In this document: piece by piece, positions 49,400-62,191 of the stretch | Layout: the number at the start of each line of letters is the position of its first letter | Position numbering within the stretch: the first letter of the stretch is position 1 | Assembly (NCBI GenBank): GCA_051362555.1 | Contig: CM120646.1 | Location: 17,794,001 to 17,858,000 of the forward strand | Source: Lingula anatina | Lineage: Eukaryota > Animalia > Brachiopoda | Direction of reading: 5' to 3' | Length of the DNA: 64,000 nucleotides | Position numbers and translations under genes: made by a program | The notes under the pieces: model-generated | What the model was told of the DNA's origin: nothing | Seen by the model: the letters and a program-made list of their open reading frames with translations, nothing else | Databases searched by the model: none

Positions 49400-51950
49400 C
49401 TCTCTCCTCTTATTTACTTCATTGGTAATCGTTAACTTGTCATCTTCCCTTCCTCCACGTGACTTGCATGATGTGCTTGCTCTTACGATAAGCAAACAGA
49501 AAACTAAACATGGTTTTCCAGGTAATAATGGCAGGTTACATTCTACTTATACTGTTGAACATTCACGACTTAAAACCGATGCAAAATGTGGCCCCTGTTC
49601 CTTACTAAATAGTTATTGATTATTTCAAATGTACCACATTTATATTCCGGGCTCGTCCCGTCGGTGTAATCGAAGCTTTTAGAACTGCGCCGGTTCAATT
49701 TCCGCACTGAAAATTCTGAAGAACTCTTAATTCAATAATATTAATTTTTCCCTGCATGGCTTCTTGGAAACATGAGAGACATGTAGCACCAGAAGCAAAA
49801 GCAGCGTTCGATTAATTTGGATGAGTCTATAAAAGATTCAAGAAACTTTTCCGGCAGTAGTCTGGGTCACTGTTAATAAGACTACATACATGTAAGCCTA
49901 CATGTAACTCTATCCATTCCTATAAATAGTTAGTCGCCAGTAGAGGAATCCATTTGAATAGTAAATAGTGAAGTTGTTGCTGCAAAAAGTAGGCTAATTG
50001 AAAACTGCTTAGAATATCGCATCAAATCCTGACCACTTATAAAACTTGTTCACGATTAAATTCTGATTCAAGTCTGACAAGTTAGGCGACACTAATCGGT
50101 TGCTAGCAAAACTAATACCCTGAAATAAGATTGTCACTTGGAAATCGTTTTATGGAATGAATAAAAAATATATATATACGATAAACTTACACAGCATCCT
50201 CGTCCTTCCTTTCTTCGCCATGTCCTGGTTGACCAGTCTTGATCTTCACGGAAATACTCTTCTTCCCTTTCGACATCTTCTCGGTTGTGATTTTTTTTTT
50301 GTAAAATCCCCCTTTTTAAAATTTGTTGAGCAGGCTCTAGAGCGTCCCCGCTTTGTTTCTGAAAAAAAGAGAGAATAAGTTTAAGGGGAATGTTTCTTCA
50401 TTCCTAGATTATGTCCGCACCTCTGTTTCTCTTGAGTAAGGAAGCGTTGAGTCACATGACACGACACGGCATGTGCAGACGACACCATTCAAACCATTTG
50501 ATTTATTTTTGCATAACATCAAAAAGTTCCGTGTTCGCAAGAAATCAAACACCCTCCTATGTGTTTAAAGCTATCTGAAACAAAACCATTGTCTTTTCCT
50601 CGAAACAGATTGAAGCACACTCTATAATAGATCTGTCGTATACAGAAGCAAATCTTATGAATTGGCAATGTCCCAACACAAAAAAATCAAGTCGACCTCG
50701 TTGAGTTAACGTAACTGGCATATCCTCGCTCCAGCAAAAATGTCTATTAACCTGAAAGAAATGTTAAATACCAAGTGTGAAACTTCTGCCAAATGTTCGG
50801 GCGTAGTGAACCTAGCACTGGCAAATAGCCGAAACAATTGTAGCAGTAGACAAGTAAGTAGGCACTAAGAAAGTCTTCACCAATTTTGATCGCGAAGTTC
50901 GCAGTCGGGACCAGCTGCTCTCAGGAAAACCTTACGTCAGTTCGCATCAAGGAAGATTAAATCACACACACATTGGTTGTAATGCATTGTTTTAAAGGTC
51001 AAAACTAAAAAAAAACAGTTTGCCTGGATCAATGGCGGGCTTTTTTGCACTCACCTTCTATAATGCTAAAACAAACCATGTATCATTCTCAGTGCAAAGG
51101 CATAACAATATATTTCTTGTTCAAAATAAATAACCACATCGCATTCAACAGTTCATTTATTGTGATTTATAAGCTGACTTGCAATTGCTTTTGTTTTATA
51201 TTCTGACAGGAGCATACAGTCGTGACTCCCACGTTTTCCACCGTCTAAGTGCAACGACCCGTGAAATGGCAATTTGAAAAAACAAGTCCTTTTGAAATTT
51301 ATGAAAGGTTACAAAGTTCATTGCGATATCCCCGCATTTTATGTTGTATACCGCCTATTTCACGTTTTTAAGTATTTCGTGTCTTTGTTTATCACCTAAT
51401 CGTAAACGAAAACGTTCAGCCTTTGAATTTTATCTCTACTTGGCTAAAAGAAAATTCGTTCAGCAGGTGGGGTGGGGGTGGGGGGGGGAGGTGCATCTCG
51501 TCGGGATACGTTGCAGATCAGCATAACCCCAGGGCGTGCATCCAGCCCCCGTGGCCTAATGGATAAGGCGTCGGTCTCCTAAACCGAAGATTGCGGGTTC
51601 GAGTCCCGCCGGGGGTACATATTTTGAAAATAGGTGTCATAAAATAAAGAAAACGGTTTTTCTAAAATGCCATTTTGAGGTCTAAAGTATGTTTAGTGGG
51701 TCTATAGAAATGAACGTACAGAGTCACTCCCCATGTTTGCCGTATACAACTTATTTCCAAGACCATAATTGCCATTTTACAACTTTTTTCCAAGTCAATT
51801 TAAATCTCGTACAAACAGTCAAATCAAACCCATGAGATAAAGCATATCTTTGTCATTAGTGAGCACTGTAACGATGTCATTTCAAAGCGCCCCCAAGGCG
51901 CCACAAAAGACATATAATAAGTACGTCAATGAAAATGTTCAAAACTATCG
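49400..51950 (+). pseudogene. decayed Toll-like receptor relic H (best preserved), interrupted by tRNA-Arg copy 2
   Basis: VNLSSSLPPRDLHDVLALTIS; exact LRR consensus LTSLDLHGNTL (50229-50261); LRR-CT LTCNC (51174-51188) then KCNDP*NGNLKKQVLLKFMKGYKVHC (51247-51324); TM and juxtamembrane LYTAYFTFLSISCLCL..RKRKRSAFEFYLYLAKRK (ORF 51341); after the tRNA, TIR-like NAILRSKVCLVGL (51666-51704) and HIFVISE (~51843). Confidence 0.65.
51545..51617 (+). tRNA. tRNA-Arg (anticodon CCT), identical to 48488-48560
   Basis: Same 73-nt sequence, with a T4 run at 51622-51625. Confidence 0.97.
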
Positions 51951-52149
51951 CTGTTTATACCAGGAAAAGTAAAAGCCCGGTACCCTTCCAGGAAAAACGA
52001 AGGGGGGGGGGGGGGGTATCAGTAGCTACGTTATTTTAGAAACGGGGGGAGGGGGTGGAGAGACCATCTAATTGACAGGGACAAAGAACAGGAATATAAA
52101 AACGTATTAGCTTTACTTGCGCGCGATAACGTAGAAAATTACAGGAAAT

Positions 52150-52728
52150 AAATCAAATAAAGTGGTCGAAGAAACATATTGAAAAACGTAAGAGAAGAGA
52201 TTATCATTCCAGCTGGCCAACATGGTTTAGGTAGTTTATAATGCCCATTTGGTTGAAGAGGCCATTTGTTAAATATCCACGCCATTCATGAAATGTATCA
52301 CGTCCTTCAGAGCGCCCAGACTCCATGCTATATTTAGGTCCACGGTGAAAGTACTCAATTTATTAAATTGAGAAATAGCGCTGAAAAAAGAAGCTCGACT
52401 TAATAGAACCATTTGCCAGGCATTAATTACGAGAACGAAATATTTGTTAAAGATGTTTTTCTCTTGAAATGTTGAACAGAAGTTAATCCTTTGATAGATA
52501 GACTGCTGCAGAGCGTGAAAAAGTAAGCGGGTCCTATAGATCCCGTCACAGGCGTGAAGGCCCCACTAAACATCTACTTCTAAGTCGACTCTAACATGTA
52601 CCAAGACCTAGACGTAAATCTCTCTCTCTCTCTCATTATCTATCTCTCTCACCCTCTCTCTCTCTCACATACACGTGCGCTCGCGCGCAAGCCTACGCAC
52701 ACAGAGACTCATACAGATACACGCGCAG

Positions 52729-52760
<32 letters not shown>

Positions 52761-54100
52761 TCCCAAAAGACATATTACCAGCCAAGATCACAGCTCCACG
52801 GTTTGTCCACAAGTCCCACGTACGTCTGATCTGCAGTAAGATGTGACCTCTCAGTGACTGACAGGAGAGGGACTGCTCCACGCACCACGTGCGGGTTGGA
52901 CAAAAGGTCAAACACCCTAATGTCGCGAAAAGTCAGGTTTCTTTCAATCATTTCCTTTGCCACCCATTTACCAAATATGCAAACAAATGGAGGTGGCCCA
53001 TAGACCCAATGTTTTTTTTTTTCAGGTTCTTTTCAATTAATTTTTATATGGAGAAAGGGTCTCTGTGTTCACCCAGTGACGCAAGAAAAATAATTTTTCT
53101 TAGAATATCTAATGACGAATCATTTACACACTGTTCCCTGTCGACGTTGAATTGTTTGATGTCGAGTATTCTCTTTCTATTGTGTCATATAACGTGCTTT
53201 CCAATTCAGACTAAAACTACCGCATTGACGTATCTTGTTTAAGTTTAGTCGCATTACTATATTTACATCCTCTGCCCACGTCCCAAAGCGCCTGAGGAAT
53301 AGAGTGAAAACTGAACGTGGATTGTTCTCCACCGCAAAGGCTATTACAGCGGCATTTAAATTCCTTAGTTCTTGTGTCAGACTGAAAAGAATTCATTAAA
53401 TGATTGTAAACAACACGTATCTATGCCTAAATCACATTCTGTTCATTTACGTTAAATTTCATTTAATTTGATTCCATCTTGTTTATATGTAATTATTAAT
53501 TCTTTCCATATCTGCTGAGGGGAGTTTGCTTTAGTCCAAGTTTTACCTTGATTTCTAAATTATTTTTCAGAATTTCTAAAAATTCACATTTTATTTTAGT
53601 ATATGTAGCTCCTACGTGAGGTATCCCATCCCTGAGGACCCCAAACACCATTTATCCGTATTTCATCGTTTGGACAGCGCATAACTAGCAAAGATGTGAT
53701 CACTGAATTGTATAAATATAAAATTTTAAACAATCTTAGCCTTACTAGTACGTCTGTAATTGCGCATGTACATGTAACTTCAAACAAATTGCTTTATGTA
53801 CCCAGAAAAAATAATACTATCTTTCAATCTCCCTTACTGAGTACGTGAGATATATTTCAAAAGGGGCAAGTATTAGGATTGTGCAGATCATTTGTGTAGT
53901 TTGACATTAAGAAAATGTAGAGCTAGTTCCCTAACAAACCTCTCGTGTTATCTGTCGCAACTCGTGCCTGGGATTATTTGAGGAACCCAGGAGTGCAAAC
54001 TTCAAGTATTCAAATCTTTGGTTTGGTCCATATTATATCTAGAACACTAGATGGTCTTATCTGTCGACCAGCCTATTACAGTGGTGGGTGACGAGATTTT

Positions 54101-54147
<47 letters not shown>

Positions 54148-54277
54148 AGTGAGAGAGAGAGAGAGAGAGAGAGGGATAGAGGGGAGGTCTAGAGAAACTC
54201 ATGGTTTCGACATCTCCTAGACAACAGAACCGACAAAACAATATACAAGAAGTAAGAGCATTGAGAAAAGAAAGCAT
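52150..54277 (-). pseudogene. decayed LRR/Toll-like relic J
   Basis: Signal-peptide-like MLSFLNALTSCILFCRFCC (54277), LVRLRLFKILYLYNSVITSL (ORF 53596-53787), FHSIPQALWD, QFNKLST and YLTNGLFNQMGIINYLNHVG (~52220-52280). Interrupted by microsatellites and an unrelated segment at ~52500-52960. Confidence 0.4.
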
Positions 54278-54599
54278 AACCTCCAGACAAAGTAAACTTG
54301 CAAGAACCTTTGGTATTCCGTAAGCATTACCCTTAAAAGTACAACTAATCCAGAGCTGACTTGAGTATTTAGTTGATCAAAAACATGACATGGAAATCAA
54401 ACGAAGCTGAAAATAACATTCACTGTGTACGAGGGCACGGCTGCATGGTTATAGAATAGACCTCCCGTTGATCTAAAAATCAGTTTCTTTAAAAAATACT
54501 TGTTTTAACCCTGCGTCTGCCAAATGTGACGGAAATGGATTTGGTTTTCCTCTCAGTCTTATGAGATAGCAAACGGAGTTTCAGACTAAGAGACAGAAC

Positions 54600-56344
54600 A
54601 AAATACAGCATGATGTTTTTGTTATCGGGGTGGTCATTCGGACGACGATTTATTCGGAGCTGAACGATGGCCTGTCATTTCATTTACAATGATTATTAGT
54701 CTAATAGACATTTCATTCTTGCAATCAATCTTGCTAACAAGCATGTAATCACTGTAACGAAAGTGAACCATTTTTTTTCTTTCTGCAAAACGAAATGAAT
54801 GCGAGTATAGATTGATTGATTGATTTCAGTCTCTGGTAGGTGTTATGTCGGGTCGAGCACCTGCCAATCTTTAATTAACCAGTCAACAGATGAATGCAAC
54901 AAATGTAGGGGTCGGCGCTTCGTTTCGCTGGAATAACGATGGCATTGCCTGCATAATTACGCCCAAACAAGGCATTTAGGTTGAAAAGAATAACAATCTA
55001 CGAAGAGTTCATGTAAGGAATCGTAGAGTAAGTTGTAATAAATCATAAAAATATGTGTTGAGCTCTCGCTGCTTTGTGTGTTTCAATATGGCCAATTGTT
55101 TGACTTACACAATTTCAATCTCGAATCGAATAATGTTAAACCTAGAGATATCTATCAACTTTTGAATGTTTTTCCAACAATGGCTAAATGAAACATGTAG
55201 CATATCGAGCATCTACAGATCTACAGAATTGGAAAATACAGCGTTCGGTTTCCTCTAGAATTGAAATCAAATCGGGATCATATCATCAGAGAGCTGTGAG
55301 AATGTCTAATAACGGGATAGAGGCAGTTTCCTTCAATTTCCGAACGTCTGATGAAATCTATTTTCATGTTTCCGTGGAGATTATGAGGCAATTTTGTTTA
55401 CAAATCAAGAAATCTAATTCAAATTGGCATATTGCTGGCAAAGTGAACAGAGGTAATGACGCTCTTGTCACGTGTTTCATTTTCAATAGCTATTTTCACT
55501 AAAAAAATCCCTCTCTATTTTTTTTTTCACTTGTGACTTTCTACACTTTTCTTTACTACCTCTCTTCCCTTCTTTTTCTCCAATCCTTCCATTATTTCTT
55601 CTTTGTTGTATTTTTACATAATGCATAATTCGTTTTTTTTTTAAATCTCGGTTACCTTGAGGCGCGGGAAACCCTTCCAATCACATGGTTTATAAGGCAC
55701 AGTGTGTAGTCGATAGGCCTACATAAACGAAATAGATATATATCTTAAACCTGGGCAGCAAGAATAAGCCATTACGCCAGAGGCCTTTAGCTCAAATTTC
55801 AACCTTAAGAAGAAACGACTGTCACCAACACCTAGCTTTATGGCATAACTGCTTTGGAAACAAAGCGAACGAGTAGGAGATATTGTAAACGATACATCTC
55901 ACCTTGGCCTTTGTTATTTTGTTCTTTGTATTGCACTGAATAGAAGTCTACTTTTTTGCATGTCGTTGATATAGGGTTGTTTATAGTTTTTTTTTCTCAC
56001 TAAATGGCACAGCAGAATACCATGGTAAATATGAGTACACAAATCTACACAGCAGCTTTTGGTTGCATCGTAGGGAAGGAACTACGACCTGTATTGTGAT
56101 ACGGTGCATTGTGATACAACGTAAATGTAGATTTTATTTGAATGACGAAAAAACAACCCCTGTAACCGTAGTCAGTGGCCGAAAACTGGATTAGCTCTGA
56201 ACAAAGCTCTTGGAAAAAAAAAAGCAAATTGAATTGACCCCTGTAGTGCCTTTATACTTTTTGGAAGAAAGAGGTAGAACACAGTGCTTTTTTTTTAGAT
56301 CCAGTGTAGTGTACCCTCAATCTCTGCCACTACCTCTTTTAAAT

Positions 56345-56389
<45 letters not shown>

Positions 56390-56550
56390 CAAACCTTATT
56401 TACAAACCTTTTTTACATCTACTCTCCCTTTATAAAAAGCCAGTCTATAAATAAGATGGTCTATTGTCTTATTCAACCTTAGATTTCTGCACGTTTTTAA
56501 GTGAGGAATTCTCAAGTGGCTAGTACAGCTCTGCGGGTAGGTTGTATTTG
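54600..56550 (+). pseudogene. decayed Toll-like receptor relic F
   Basis: LHNFNLESNN (~55104); MKHVAYRASTDLQNWKIQRSVSSRIEIKSG and RAVRMSNNGIEAV (ORF 55188-55502); GNP at ~55667; TM-like IHLTLAFVILFFVLH (~55893-55937); TIR-like SVAENWISSEQSSWKK (56172-56219; compare SIAENI..SIE.SRK). Confidence 0.5.
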
Positions 56551-57290
56551 CCTGGCAAACATTCACGGCGTACAAGTCAACGGATAAGGTGAATGGAAGA
56601 GCATGATTAATCATTGCACGAGGCACCTCTACCCTTAACCTGCCCGGTATTCAATATTTGTGTTGCCGAAGAATACAAGCATTTTTAAGATCTGATAAAT
56701 TTTCAATTCCCCTGTAATGCGCGGAGATTAAACTGGTTCATTATTTTGACGTATAAAGATATCGCGTTTATCAAATTATTCCCCTGGACTTTTACACTTG
56801 TTCCTTGTCAAGTCATCAGGGAATCTCCCCTTTTTTTCTTGACTTAAATTGTGTGAACGTTCCTTGGGCTATAAAGCAGAACACATACACAGGTGAGTCA
56901 TGTCTTGTGAAGAACGTATCACTTTTCTAAATTAGCCAATTTTGTTAAAAGGAGTGGAAACATATCAACTTACGTATATAAAGCTAATAATTTCGGAATC
57001 AGAGCGTTAAATCAAACAAAGTTGTCAATAGCTTAATCTTCTGTGTAAATTTGAGAGACTTTGATGTTTTTGGCGCATGAACGTTAAGTTGCTGTATTGA
57101 CGGCAGTGGCTATAGTGACTATTACAGATAAAAACTTCGATTAAAATGTTTTGTTAAGATTACGTCACAGAATATTAGGGAAACAATGAAACAATATACA
57201 TGACGCTTTGTTCAGATATTTACTTTGAAAATTAGTTTCACATTCGGGATTATGTTGTTTACATGTATGTGGGTTACCTTGGAAACGTCA

Positions 57291-57352
<62 letters not shown>

Positions 57353-57399
57353 CTTCGGGCAAACCTTTTATTAAAACGGACAGCAGTTATTTGTTAACG

Positions 57400-58069
57400 C
57401 CTTTTTTCCCAAAGAAAACCGATTTTAATAGAAAAAAGGGTTTAAGTTGTCTGATCATGTGGCGGACAGCTGATATGCCAACCTAGGCCTCAAAGGAAAA
57501 CATTTAGTGTTTTTGGTGCTTTTAGTGTGGGAGAATCATTCATGTTCGACTACAGACATTGCCGACGGATTTCATTTGTCTTGTAATGTATACTTACTTG
57601 TTATTGGCACGGGCTGCGTAGAGCACTTACGGGAACCAGATTTTTTGAGAACTGAAGTCGTGCACACTATTCTTTGCTTGATTATAATACCATTTGTGAG
57701 ACAAATTATTGAATCTTTTCGATTTTAAAATTCAGAGTTTATCCCCGCTAGTTCTTGCTTTTGACACTTTCTCACGCGGGTGAAATAAAACATCTGTGAA
57801 ATATTTCGCCAAATATGAAAGGTCATCGGCACACACCCGACTCATGATTTTTTAATGATACCAGGAAACAAAGGACCTAAGCTTATTCACAGCACGCTGC
57901 CCATAATGTAAACGATAAGGGCTGTTTATAATGAATAAAACGAGTGTACGTCGAACGGAGCTAGTGTATGGTATTGGTTAACTGTGTCTTGTTGGAACGT
58001 AGAATATATGATTTGGCTTTTCTATTTGTACACCCACCATACCCCATAGAAGCTGTTATACCCATTGGG

Positions 58070-58121
<52 letters not shown>

Positions 58122-59050
58122 TCTCAGACATGTGGGATTATCGAAGTATCATTAATTTATATCAATCAACAAATTAATCAACTTACCTATATCCCACACA
58201 TGAGTTCCAAGTGTTTCTCTCCGCAAATAAAACTCCTGGATTCTTCCACGGATCGTTGATTCACTTGATTTTCCTTGCAATCGTTCTGTCCCACTCGTGA
58301 GTACACACAACGACTGATTTCCTACTCTCATGTGTGTAAAATGAACTTTTCTTCACGATCTACGCGCATGCGTGCGTATACTGTTACCAAGCATCAATAA
58401 ACAGAAAAGCACGCTGGGGCGAAAGTTTTGAGACATTCGTGTTTATCAATTTCCTTCATAACTGAACGATATTTGTTGATTTCTTTATTCTGATTGATCG
58501 ATCAAATGTTGATCAATGAAAACTTGCGTCATACTTAATCAGAGAACGACTTTCAGCCAAATAACTGCTTTTTCTACCAACTTTTCCAGTTGTATAATTT
58601 TGGACCACCGGGTAACATTAGATTTCAATCAAAACATTCCTTTGCCTTTTCACTTCGCAGAGCGGTCTCAAATAGAAACCCCTTTGTTGATTTAATCCGA
58701 TGTATGGGGGATTCTATATATACTCATTTGTTAATGTTTAAATTCTGTCTGCATTTGGGGCTACACAGAAATGTTTACCTACAAGGCTAAGAGAAGTTCG
58801 GACATTGTTATAATAATACGATAACTGCGGCGCACTTGTTGATTCAGGCTATAAACCCGTAGTTACCGCTTAATGGACACAAGTGTCCATGCCATTATAG
58901 CCAAGTGTGCCTACTGAGGGAAAATGCCTGTGTTCTTTAATTTGCACATTATACTGTTAGTAGAGCACATTAAGTGGGGTTCCACATTTAACATACCAGT
59001 TGAATAGGAGGTGATTATTGGTGATTATTACTAATACCAGAACCAGAAAG
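57400..59050 (+). pseudogene. decayed Toll-like receptor relic G
   Basis: RLQTLPTDF..L...LLLA (57547), LLNLFDFKIQSLSP, NQLTYIPH...PQIKLLDSS (~58176-58247) and TIR box2-like MFKFCLH (58734-58754). Confidence 0.45.
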
Positions 59051-59093
59051 TGTGAAGTGCTAATTGTTTACTTTCCTTTCTTTCTTTCTAAAA

Positions 59094-59094
59094 T

Positions 59095-59161
<67 letters not shown>

Positions 59162-59165
59162 TTTT
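59094..59165. repeat. (TTTA)n microsatellite
   Basis: Directly visible; it is the source of the IYLF-repeat ORF. Confidence 0.95.
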
Positions 59166-59879
59166 ATCATGTGCTGAATAGCCCCAAGTTATCAAAGAGA
59201 TTTATTACTGAATGTTACATCTTACCATTTTATAATCGAATTTTGTTCCCCAAATTATTTATTATTTATAGATCTTTGCATCTATATATCTATTCATCTA
59301 CTTATCTTCATCCATTATTTATCTTTGTTCACTCTTTTCTTCCCACATATTGCCTTTCTCTCACATAACTTGTTAACATCAACAATTGATAGACGTGCAT
59401 TATCATGTATCTTTTGAACTGGCAATCATAAGGACCTTCGGGAAATGCTGGATTGATTCAATCAATTGTCTGCTACGTTCCTCCCCCCTGTAATATGCAT
59501 GAATATTATTTTTTTTATTGATTTATATTATTTTCAATTCTCGCATGCGTAGAGACTGAGGAAAGCACTTACTTAATGGGATGTTTGGGGGTTACAACTA
59601 TTGATCATATCTGTTTGTGCCATTCAGCTGAATAAATAGAAGAACAAGAGTCATTTCTCGTATCGCTTGTTATGTTGTTATGATCGATATTGTGTTATGA
59701 TACTTAGTGTATGATACCAACTACCGATTATTCGCCACAGAGAAATAGCACAGTGCGGAATTATATCGTGTACGAAACGCTACTTATTTAATCACAACAC
59801 TTTCCGTTTTTTTTTTTTTTACGTCGCACGTGCGCTTGCACAAAGACCCGGGCGCACGCGATATGTACGCACTTCCACA

Positions 59880-60350
59880 GGGTGCATAATGAGCTATGGA
59901 TCACGCAAATGATGACAAATTCAATAAAACTTACGACTTCCCGATACAAAATCGAAAAGCTTAAAGGAAGCGCCAATATAAAATCAGTGCTGTTTAATAG
60001 ATATCGATTTTACATTAAAGAAAAACAGGAATGCGATAGTTGTGACAACAGCTGCAATCGAGGCTGGCTGCGCTGGCCTTTTTAAGAGGTTCGTTCTCCT
60101 TTTCACATATTGTTTAATTGGGGAGAAAGAAAATGTTTGTGAATATGCCAGAATTAAGTTTATTTGTATTTTTTGGCTTATTTAAAAAGGATGCAAACAT
60201 TTTAACCAACAGTTTACTTTTGTCGTCTACGTCATCATTGTGTCACTGCAATGTGGTGTTTTATGATAGGCCTAAATGCGCGACGTCTTCAAACAATATC
60301 CATCATGGAATGATTTTTATCCCCTCCATGTATCACAATGGTGGAAGCAC
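59880..60350 (+). pseudogene. LRR / LRR-CT fragment K
   Basis: KKMFVNMPELSL and LCHCNVVFY..PKCATSS...HG (ORF 60118-60369). Confidence 0.3.
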
Positions 60351-60560
60351 GACTCCCCCCCCTCCTTAACATCAGAGCCCCCCCCCCCCCCCCCCCCCCC
60401 CCCAATATACCACCCACCTATCCTTCCCCGGCCAAAGAAAGAAAGACAAAAAGTATACCACCAAGTAAATCACCATATAATAAAACGTATCACTATTCTT
60501 GTGCCCAACACACTGCACTAAAATTGTCCCCGTCTACTATTCGATATTTCTTATTCATTT

Positions 60561-60748
60561 TTTCTTGTGTCCCATCCCCTAGGGATATTTCCTTGTGTCC
60601 CACCCTCTAGGGATATTTCCTTGTGTCCCACCCCTAGGGATATTTCCTTGTGTCCCACCCTCTAGGAATATTTCCTTGTGTCCCATTCCCTAGGGATATT
60701 TCCTTGTGTCCCACCCCCTAGGGATATTTCCTTGTGTCCCACCCCTCT
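60561..60748. repeat. minisatellite, ~29-bp unit (ctagggatatttccttgtgtcccaccct), ~6.5 copies
   Basis: Head-to-tail near-identical units with no spacers. Confidence 0.92.
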
Positions 60749-60896
60749 GGATGCAGCAGTGCATCACACAGTCAACAGTGATATTCGGCCTGCTCACTGC
60801 AGAATGGTCATTCCTATCCATGTACATGTATTAAACAGGCTACGGAAAAACGCCCTGCCTTGAAAGTAAAAGATAACTTATAAGTTCTGTATTTTG

Positions 60897-61042
60897 GAAT
60901 GGACACGACAATGGACAATTAAATGGTCTAAACTGCATGCACACAAGGTCACCGTGACCTTGAAAGATCAGCATTTTCGAATGGACATGATAATGGGCAA
61001 TTAAATGGTCAAAACTACATATAAACAAGGTCACCATGATCT
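60897..61042. repeat. diverged two-copy direct repeat, 82-bp period
   Basis: gaatggacac...aaggtcaccgtgacct at 60897 and gaatggacat...aaggtcaccatgatct at 60979. Confidence 0.8.
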
Positions 61043-62121
61043 CGCAAAACAAAGCAATCTGTAAGTTGAATCCGAGTGGTATCTTCAGATATATCTAATA
61101 TGGGTGCATTATTTTATTATCAGTGTGATCACTGCATTAATTTAAATTTGTTCCGGATAAGGAAAAATAGAGATGGATAAATTACTGGAGTCAAGGTGTC
61201 GATTTCTTATTTCTTCCCTGATATATAATACTGTGGAATGATAATATATTTCTGTTCTGTTAAATTATTACACGAGAAACTTTTTAGCAAATGGAGTCAC
61301 TGGGATACTCAATACGAGGAAGATTTACAAGATTTACATTTACAAGGCAATGTTAAACGGATTAAAATAATGTAAAACAAAGATTCAATTGCTTATAATG
61401 TGGGTGGGTGGGTGGGGGTACATGTATTAAGGGCAAGTTTTCTGGGAAGACATATTAGCCCACCGAATCTTTATTGATATTCTAGAGCCTCCAGAGGTTT
61501 CCATTTGCCAGCATATACATTGTATGCACTTCTCCAACATAAGGCTGATTTAATTTGATTTGAATATTATACACATTTCCAATAGGTGTGTCGTTTTCCA
61601 AAAGTAAAATGCGGACTCAGTTCTGGCTGTTATGAAAAAGCAAAAAGTCACAATCTGGATCCCCAAATAGCACCCGAATAATCCAAACGTCCAATTTCCA
61701 AAAAAAATGTCCTTTGCAGCGATCGGTCTGCATTTTTCACCTGTCTCCAAACATAATATACCTGATTGATCAACCAGATTGAAATTTTAAGAGGGGTAAT
61801 CTGCTCTAATTGTACTTTAAGTATGTACTTGTGTCCATCGCGGCCGTCCATAAAAGAATGGCTGCATTCTTTTAAAAAACCCGCCGCAGTGTGCACGAAT
61901 AATTGTCCAAACGCGTGCTCGACCTTAAGAATTTCATGCACGAGACACAATGATTAAATACAGATTCGAATTTGAGAATCTTTCTCAGTCTGGTTCTTGA
62001 TTGTATATATCAAGTTCGTTCGACATGATTAAGAACGAAACAGGACAATCGTGCACTGTACATTTAACCTAAACGATAAATGATCTCTTTATGGTTTTCT
62101 GTCATGGAATGGCGAGATGTC

Positions 62122-62129
62122 TATATAAA
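62122..62129 (+). promoter_or_regulatory. candidate TATA box of the secreted-protein gene
   Basis: tatataaa 70 nt upstream of the ATG at 62192. Confidence 0.45.
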
Positions 62130-62191
62130 CTCGTTGTCTGCCAGGCAGCGCTGTATTCTATATATTGTATTGAATGTTGTGTTCACGCAGG

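Noticed and set aside
53290-53320. ctgagga...gaaa, resembling a hammerhead ribozyme core
   Set aside because: No convincing stems I-III could be paired.
56869-56898. TATA-like ctataaag followed by a strong donor cag|gtgagt, as a possible first exon for the gene at 62192
   Set aside because: The donor lies too close to the TATA-like motif to leave room for an exon, and a better-placed TATA exists at 62122.
60561-60748. ~29-bp repeats superficially like a CRISPR array
   Set aside because: Units are contiguous with no unique spacers, there are no cas genes, and the context is eukaryotic, so this is a minisatellite.
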